A stretch of DNA of 64,000 nt from a virus (lineage: Duplodnaviria > Heunggongvirae > Uroviricota > Caudoviricetes), in IMG/VR virus record IMGVR_UViG_2908567220_000002, positions 1 to 64,000 of that record; one strand, written 5' to 3'. The first letter of the stretch is position 1, and every line of letters starts with the position of its first letter. Shown here piece by piece: positions 59,601-64,000 of the stretch. The notes under the pieces were generated by a model, which was not told the origin of the DNA, did not search any database, and saw only the letters and a program-made list of their open reading frames with translations. The position numbers and the translations under genes were made by a program.

Positions 59601-60123
59601 GCGGCGGCAGGTTACCCACCACCACCGAGGCCAGATACTGCGAGGTGGTTTTGCCCTTAATGGTGATGTCTTTTTCCGTCACCCAGCCACCATTACGCTG
59701 GATCTGAACCAGCAGGCGGACTTCCGACGGATTCCTGTCCCCCTTTGAGGTGGTTTCCACCAGTGCCTGCACGCCGAAGGTAAAACGCAGTCGGTCAATG
59801 TTTGCCGACGTGATGGTCCGGGTGATCGGCGTGTCGTATTTCACTTCCGTACCCAGCACCGTCTCGGAGCCGGAGGATTCAAATCCCTCCGGCGGTGTCT
59901 GCTCCTGCTCACCGGCCCGGAACACCACCGTGACGCCGGAGATGTTGGTATTCCCCTCACTGTCCAGCACCGGCGTACTGTTCAGCAGCACGCTTTTTAA
60001 TCCATCCACCGGACCTTCAATCGGCCCTTCGCTGATGGCATCGATCACACTCAGCAACTGCGTGGACTTCAGGTTGTCCTTCGCTTCGCGCGGAGTATGC
60101 CCCTTACTGCTGCCTTTACCCAT
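56644..60123 (-). CDS. J: Host specificity protein J (central tail fibre/tip)
   Basis: 1159 aa; position after I; recalled similarity to lambda J. Confidence 0.85.
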   Translation of the reverse strand: MGKGSSKGHTPREAKDNLKSTQLLSVIDAISEGPIEGPVDGLKSVLLNSTPVLDSEGNTNISGVTVVFRAGEQEQTPPEGFESSGSETVLGTEVKYDTPITRTITSANIDRLRFTFGVQALVETTSKGDRNPSEVRLLVQIQRNGGWVTEKDITIKGKTTSQYLASVVVGNLPPRPFNIRMRRMTPDSTTDQLQNKTLWSSYTEIIDVKQCYPNTALVGVQVDSEQFGSQQVSRNYHLHGRILQVPSNYNPQTRQYSGIWDGTFKPAYSNNMAWCLWDMLTHPRYGMGKRLGAADVDKWALYVIGQHCDQSVPDGFGGTEPRITCNAYLTTQRKAWDVLSDFCSAMRCMPVWNGQTLTFVQDRPSDKVWTYNRSNVVMPDDGAPFRYSFSALKDRHNAVEVNWIDPDNGWETATELVEDSQAIARYGRNVTKMDAFGCTSRGQAHRAGLWLIKTELLETQTVDFSVGAEGLRHVPGDVIEICDDDYAGISTGGRVLAVNSQTRTLTLDREITLPSSGTTLISLVDGSGNPVGVEVQSVTDGVKVKVSRVPDGVAGYSVWGLKLPTLRQRLFRCVSIRENDDGTYAITAVQHVPEKEAIVDNGAHFDGDQSGTVNGVTPPAVQHLTAEVTADSGEYQVLARWDTPKVVKGVSFLLRLTVAADDGSERLVSTARTTETTYRFTQLALGNYRLTVRAVNAWGQQGDPASVSFRIAAPAAPSRIELTPGYFQITATPHLAVYDPTVQFEFWFSEKRIADIRQVETTARYLGTALYWIAASINIKPGHNYYFYVRSVNTVGKSAFVEAVGQPSDDASGYLDFFKGEIGKTHLAQELWTQIDNGQLAPDLAEIRTSITDVSNEITQTVNKKLEDQSAAIQQIQKVQVDTNNNLNSMWAVKLQQMQDGRLYIAGIGAGIENTPDGMQSQVLLAADRIAMVNPANGNTKPMFVGQGDQIFMNDVFLKRLTAPTITSGGNPPAFSLTPDGRLTAKNADISGSVNANAGTLNNVTINENCRVLGKLSANQIEGDLVKTVGKAFPRDSRAPERWPSGTITVRVYDDQPFDRQIVIPAVAFRGAKHERENNDIYSSCRLIVKKNGAEIYNRTALDNTLVYTGVIDMPAGRGHMTLEFSVSAWLVNDWYPTASISDLLVVVMKKSTAGITIS

Positions 60124-60182
60124 TCGTCACGCTCCATAAACGACAAAACCGCCCGCAGGCGGTTTCACATAAACGTTTTTCA

Positions 60183-60830
60183 TCAGCGACCAATCACCAC
60201 AACCTGACCACCATCCCCTTCGTCTGCCGTGCTGATCTCCTGAGAGACCACCTGCGACCCCACGCGCATTTCACCGTACAGAACGGGCAGAACATTGCCC
60301 TGGGCAACCATGTTATCCAGTGAGGAGAAATAGGTGTTCTGTTTGCCGTTATCTGTACTTGCTGCCGTGGGCGTCCTGGCTTTCGGTGCCAGCATCTGCG
60401 CCACTCCGCCAAGGATCATACTGGCCCCCGCAGCATACATGCCCGATAAAGCCGCAGCTCCCAGCCAGCCTGCAGGGTTCCACCACGCCACTGCAATCAG
60501 CGCCGCACCCAGCACCGCCTGAAACACACCGCCACTTTTTGCTCCCGCCAGACGCGGCACGATGTGGATCACGGCACCATTTGCCAGCGGCTCATTAAGA
60601 CGGGCAGACAATTCGGTTTCACCTGCATCACGCCCGGCAATCCGTATCTGATACCAGCCCTCATTCAGTTTCTGACGAAACACCGGGAGCTGTGTGGCCA
60701 GTGCGCGGATGGCTTCAGCCCCCGTTTTCACACGAAGGTCGATGCGGCGGCCAAATCGTTGCAAATCCCCGTAAAGGCAGATGCGTGCCATTCCCGGTGA
60801 CGCCAGAGGGAGTGTGTGCGTCGCTGCCAT
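60183..60830 (-). CDS. I: Tail assembly protein I
   Basis: 215 aa; N-terminus MAATHTLPLASPGMARICLYGDLQRFGRRIDL as recalled for lambda I; overlaps the end of K. Confidence 0.8.
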   Translation of the reverse strand: MAATHTLPLASPGMARICLYGDLQRFGRRIDLRVKTGAEAIRALATQLPVFRQKLNEGWYQIRIAGRDAGETELSARLNEPLANGAVIHIVPRLAGAKSGGVFQAVLGAALIAVAWWNPAGWLGAAALSGMYAAGASMILGGVAQMLAPKARTPTAASTDNGKQNTYFSSLDNMVAQGNVLPVLYGEMRVGSQVVSQEISTADEGDGGQVVVIGR

Positions 60831-61471
60831 TTGTCGGTGTACCTCTCTCGTTTGCTCAGTTGTTCAGGAATATGGTGCAGCAGCTCGCCGTCACCACAGT
60901 AAATGGCGGCATGATTCGGCACCGATGAACCAAAGCAGCACAGCAGCACATCGCCCGGTTGTGCTGATGACAACGGCACCTGATACAGCCCTGTGGCCTC
61001 CAGATTATCCAGATAGAGATTCTGACCGTGACGCCACCAGTCATCCCCGCGATGAAAATCCGGCATCTCAATCCCCGCCAGATGATAAGCATCCCGGAAC
61101 AGCGTGTAACAGTCCGTCACTCCGTGCTCAAAGCGCCGCCCGGTGAGATGCGGCACACAGCGGAACTTATGAATCGTCCCCCGGCAAACCAGCCACCACG
61201 GCAAATCACTCTGCACCTGCAGCCGCCGGTCGGCCTCACTCAGCCAGGGCAGACCACCGGGGTGGCTGTGGACCAGCGCCACAATCTCACCCTGCATTTC
61301 TGCCCGCAGCCAGTCCTCCGGCGACATCCGGAAATACGCCTCCGGCTCACCGGAGATATTCACGCAGGGAAAATATCTTTCCCCTTCCGGCGTTCTCACC
61401 ACGAAGCCGCACGACTCCGCTGGCGCACATCGCCGGGCGTGCGCCAGAATCGCTGATTCTGTCTGTGTCAT
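60728..61471 (-). CDS. K: Tail assembly protein K (NlpC/P60 plus JAB/MPN-like domains)
   Basis: 247 aa; lambda K-like order. Confidence 0.8.
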   Translation of the reverse strand: MTQTESAILAHARRCAPAESCGFVVRTPEGERYFPCVNISGEPEAYFRMSPEDWLRAEMQGEIVALVHSHPGGLPWLSEADRRLQVQSDLPWWLVCRGTIHKFRCVPHLTGRRFEHGVTDCYTLFRDAYHLAGIEMPDFHRGDDWWRHGQNLYLDNLEATGLYQVPLSSAQPGDVLLCCFGSSVPNHAAIYCGDGELLHHIPEQLSKRERYTDKWQRRTHSLWRHREWHASAFTGICNDLAAASTFV

Positions 61472-61476
61472 GGGAT

Positions 61477-62175
61477 TTACTGCGAAAGTTTGTTAATGGA
61501 AAGGAAGCCGCCAAAGTTGCCGACGTTATTGCGAAACTTACAGCCGCTCAGGCATTTGCTGCATTTATCCTTCGTGATATCGGACGTCGGCTGGTCATAT
61601 TCATCCGCGACAGCCGGACCGCTATAACCGCACTCGTCACCGCGATAGGTCCAGGTGCAGGTGTTGGCCAGCATGATACGTCCCGGAAAAACAGCGCCAT
61701 CCGTTTCCGTCGGCGTGGACAGTACAAAGGAGGCACTCACCGCGCTCAGTTCGCTGCACTGCTCAATGCGCCAGCGGCTGATCACCTCCTGCTCCGGATC
61801 GGCGTAACTGTTTCCGTTGACGAAGTTCACCGCATCCAGAAAACGGGCGTAAACCTTACGCCGGACCACCGTTCCGCCGACCAGACTCTGCATATCTTCC
61901 GCCATCCCGGTGACCATACCGTACAGGTTAGAAACCGTCAGCGTGGGGCGCGTACTGGTGCCTTTGCCATTCAGTTCAAAACCGCTCCCCTGAATGGGAT
62001 ACGGCTGATACTGTCGCCCCTGCCAGGTGACCGGCTCACCTTTTTCGTTCTGCTCATTACAGAAAAAATAACGTTCTCCACCGACCTCTGTCAGGTCGAT
62101 TTCCCAGAGCACCACGCTGGCCGACTGCTCCGCACGGGTGCATTCATTCAGTGTTTCCTGCCGGATATCCTGCAT
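61477..62175 (-). CDS. L: Minor tail protein L
   Basis: 232 aa; essentially identical to lambda L as recalled. Confidence 0.85.
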   Translation of the reverse strand: MQDIRQETLNECTRAEQSASVVLWEIDLTEVGGERYFFCNEQNEKGEPVTWQGRQYQPYPIQGSGFELNGKGTSTRPTLTVSNLYGMVTGMAEDMQSLVGGTVVRRKVYARFLDAVNFVNGNSYADPEQEVISRWRIEQCSELSAVSASFVLSTPTETDGAVFPGRIMLANTCTWTYRGDECGYSGPAVADEYDQPTSDITKDKCSKCLSGCKFRNNVGNFGGFLSINKLSQ

Positions 62176-62504
62176 CAGTTCACCACCTGTTTAAACTCTG
62201 CGCTGAACCCAACACGCAACATACTGACCTGCGACGACCATTTTGCGCAGGTCACCTTTATCTGCCTGTAACCATAAGGCGGCGTCCACAGAAAGGCCTT
62301 CCAGCCCCCGTGCTCAGCCAGAAACGACTCCAGCGCCGTGGCCTCCTCACGGGAGACAGACAGCGTCACGCTGTACGTTTTCAGGTCAGCGTTCAGCCCG
62401 GCAGGCGCACGCTGGGAATAGCCATCACCAAAGCGCACCTCCCTGACGGAAGGAGCCGATGTCACATCCATCCCGGGTTTCACTTTCCAGCGGAAGGTTT
62501 TCAT
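62175..62504 (-). CDS. M: Minor tail protein M
   Basis: 109 aa; MKTFRWKVKPGMDV...FSAEFKQVVN, near-identical to lambda M as recalled. Confidence 0.85.
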   Translation of the reverse strand: MKTFRWKVKPGMDVTSAPSVREVRFGDGYSQRAPAGLNADLKTYSVTLSVSREEATALESFLAEHGGWKAFLWTPPYGYRQIKVTCAKWSSQVSMLRVGFSAEFKQVVN

Positions 62505-64000
62505 CGTCCACCTCCGGAGAACAGACCACCATCGCGCATCTGTGCCTGGATTTCATCACGGGCACCCTTGCGGGCCATGTCATACACCGCCTTCATCATC
62601 TGTGGACCTGGCAGACCATTCGTACCGTCGTTCTGAATCACCACGTTGTTGTTCTGCTCAAACCTGATACCCTCTGAACGCCGCATTTGCGCCGGACTTC
62701 CGGTGCCACCGACATAACCGCCGGTGGCATAGCCGCGCATCAGCCGGTAGAGATTTCCCACGCCAATCCGGCTGGTTGCCTCCTTCGTGAAGACAAATTC
62801 ACCACGGTGAACAATCCCCGCTGGCTCATATTTGCCGCCGGTTCCCGTAAATCCTCCGGTTGCAAAATGGAGTTTCGCCGCAGCGGCCTGAATGGCTGTA
62901 CCGCCTGACGCGGATGCGCCGCCACCAACAGCCCCGCCAATAGCGCTGCCGATACTCCCGACAATCCCCACCATTGCCTGCTTAAGCAGAATTTCTGTCA
63001 TCATGGACAGCACGGAACGGGTGAAGCTGCGCCAGTTCTGTTCACTGCCGGTCAGCATCGCCGCCATATTCTGCGCAATACCATCAAAGGTCTGCGTGGC
63101 AGCACTTTTAACCTGCGACATACTGTCCGTGGCACTCTCTTCCCACTCACTCCAGCCTGACCTGAGGCCTGCCATCCAGCTCCCGCGAAGCTGGTCTTCA
63201 GCCGCCCAGGTCTTTTTCTGCTCTGACATGACGCTATTCAGCGCCAGCGGATTATCGCCATACTGTTCCTTCAGGCGCTGTTCCGTGGCGTCCCGCGCTG
63301 CCTGCCGGTCAGTCAGCCCCCGGTTTTTCGCCTCAATGGCTGCCCGTTTTGCCCGTTGCTGCTGTGCGAATTTATCCGCCTGCTGCGCCAGCGCGTTCAG
63401 GTGCTCCTGATACGTGACCTTATCGCCAAGTGCAGCCAGCTGGCGTTTGTACTCCAGCGTCTCATCTTTATGCGCCAGCAGGGATTTCTCCTGTGCGGAC
63501 AGCTGGCGACGTTGCGCCGCCTCCTCCAGTACCGCGAACTGACTTTCTGCCTTCCACAAATCCCGGCGCTGCTGGCTGATTTTCTCATTCGCTCCGGCAT
63601 GCTTCTCCAGCGTCCGGAGTTCTGCCTGAAGCGTCAGCAGGGCAGCATGAGCACTGTCTTCCTGACGATCGCCCGCAGACACCTTCACGCCGGACTGTTT
63701 CGGCTTTTTCAGCGTCGCTTCATAATCCTTTTTCGCCGCCGCCATCAGCGTGTTGTAATCCGCCTGCAGGATTTTCCCGTCTTTCAGTGCCTTGTTCAGT
63801 TCTTCCTGACGGGCGGTATATTTCTCCAGCGGCGTCTGCAGCCGTTCGTAAGCCTTCTGCGCCTCTTCGGTATATTTCAGCCGTGACGCTTCGGTATCGC
63901 TCTGCTGCTGCGCATTTTTGTCCTGTTGAGTCTGCTGCTCAGCCTTCTTTCGGGCGGCTTCAAGCGCAAGACGGGCCTTTTCACGATCATCCCAGTAACG
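62501..64000 (-). CDS. H: Tail tape measure protein H (3' portion; continues upstream beyond the window end)
   Basis: ORF 62501-63745 called from an internal Met; coding signal continues to 64000; Ala/Gln-rich coiled-coil sequence typical of tape measure proteins. Confidence 0.75.
   Translation of the reverse strand, partial: RYWDDREKARLALEAARKKAEQQTQQDKNAQQQSDTEASRLKYTEEAQKAYERLQTPLEKYTARQEELNKALKDGKILQADYNTLMAAAKKDYEATLKKPKQSGVKVSAGDRQEDSAHAALLTLQAELRTLEKHAGANEKISQQRRDLWKAESQFAVLEEAAQRRQLSAQEKSLLAHKDETLEYKRQLAALGDKVTYQEHLNALAQQADKFAQQQRAKRAAIEAKNRGLTDRQAARDATEQRLKEQYGDNPLALNSVMSEQKKTWAAEDQLRGSWMAGLRSGWSEWEESATDSMSQVKSAATQTFDGIAQNMAAMLTGSEQNWRSFTRSVLSMMTEILLKQAMVGIVGSIGSAIGGAVGGGASASGGTAIQAAAAKLHFATGGFTGTGGKYEPAGIVHRGEFVFTKEATSRIGVGNLYRLMRGYATGGYVGGTGSPAQMRRSEGIRFEQNNNVVIQNDGTNGLPGPQMMKAVYDMARKGARDEIQAQMRDGGLFSGGGR

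Larger units (their letters stand above)
50450..64000. mobile_element. Prophage B (partial): distal tail region of a lambda-like siphovirus prophage (H-M-L-K-I-J-lom-stf plus b-region cargo); rest lies beyond the window end
   Basis: Minus-strand ORFs whose translations match lambda H, M, L, K, I, J, Lom and Stf as recalled; gene order identical to lambda. Confidence 0.8.

Overview
This window is almost entirely prophage DNA of an Escherichia/Shigella-like enterobacterium, judged from recalled similarity to lambda, Rac and Qin proteins; no search was run. It holds two prophages in tandem. Prophage A (about 2.2-50.2 kb, inverted) is near-complete: int, xis, exonuclease and a Qin/Rac-like immunity region on the + strand (42.7-50.1 kb); cro-like, iteron-containing replication gene, rusA, Q-like, lysis cassette, lambda-like terminase/portal/protease/capsid and then a Mu-like contractile-tail module on the - strand (42.7 down to 2.2 kb). 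Prophage B (50.5-64 kb, partial) contributes only its distal lambda-like tail genes H(partial)-M-L-K-I-J-lom-stf. The A/B junction (50.13-50.45 kb) carries integrase arm-type repeats on both sides, as in an attP-like hybrid site. The most interesting cargo items are an overlapping Hanks-type Ser/Thr kinase plus PP2C phosphatase pair (36.8-38.3 kb), a translationally coupled ABC-type ATPase plus small Toprim-like protein pair with its own terminator (32.0-33.8 kb, AbiL/PARIS/OLD-like), and a 1474-aa baseplate protein fusing a Mu gp48-like domain to about 40 cysteine-containing leucine-rich repeats (3.6-8.0 kb). Also present: two tRNAs (Thr, Gly), a hok-family toxin, three orphan methyltransferases and a frameshifted alpha/beta hydrolase. 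No rRNA, CRISPR array or IS element was seen. All family assignments come from reading the supplied translations by eye and need HMM/BLAST confirmation.
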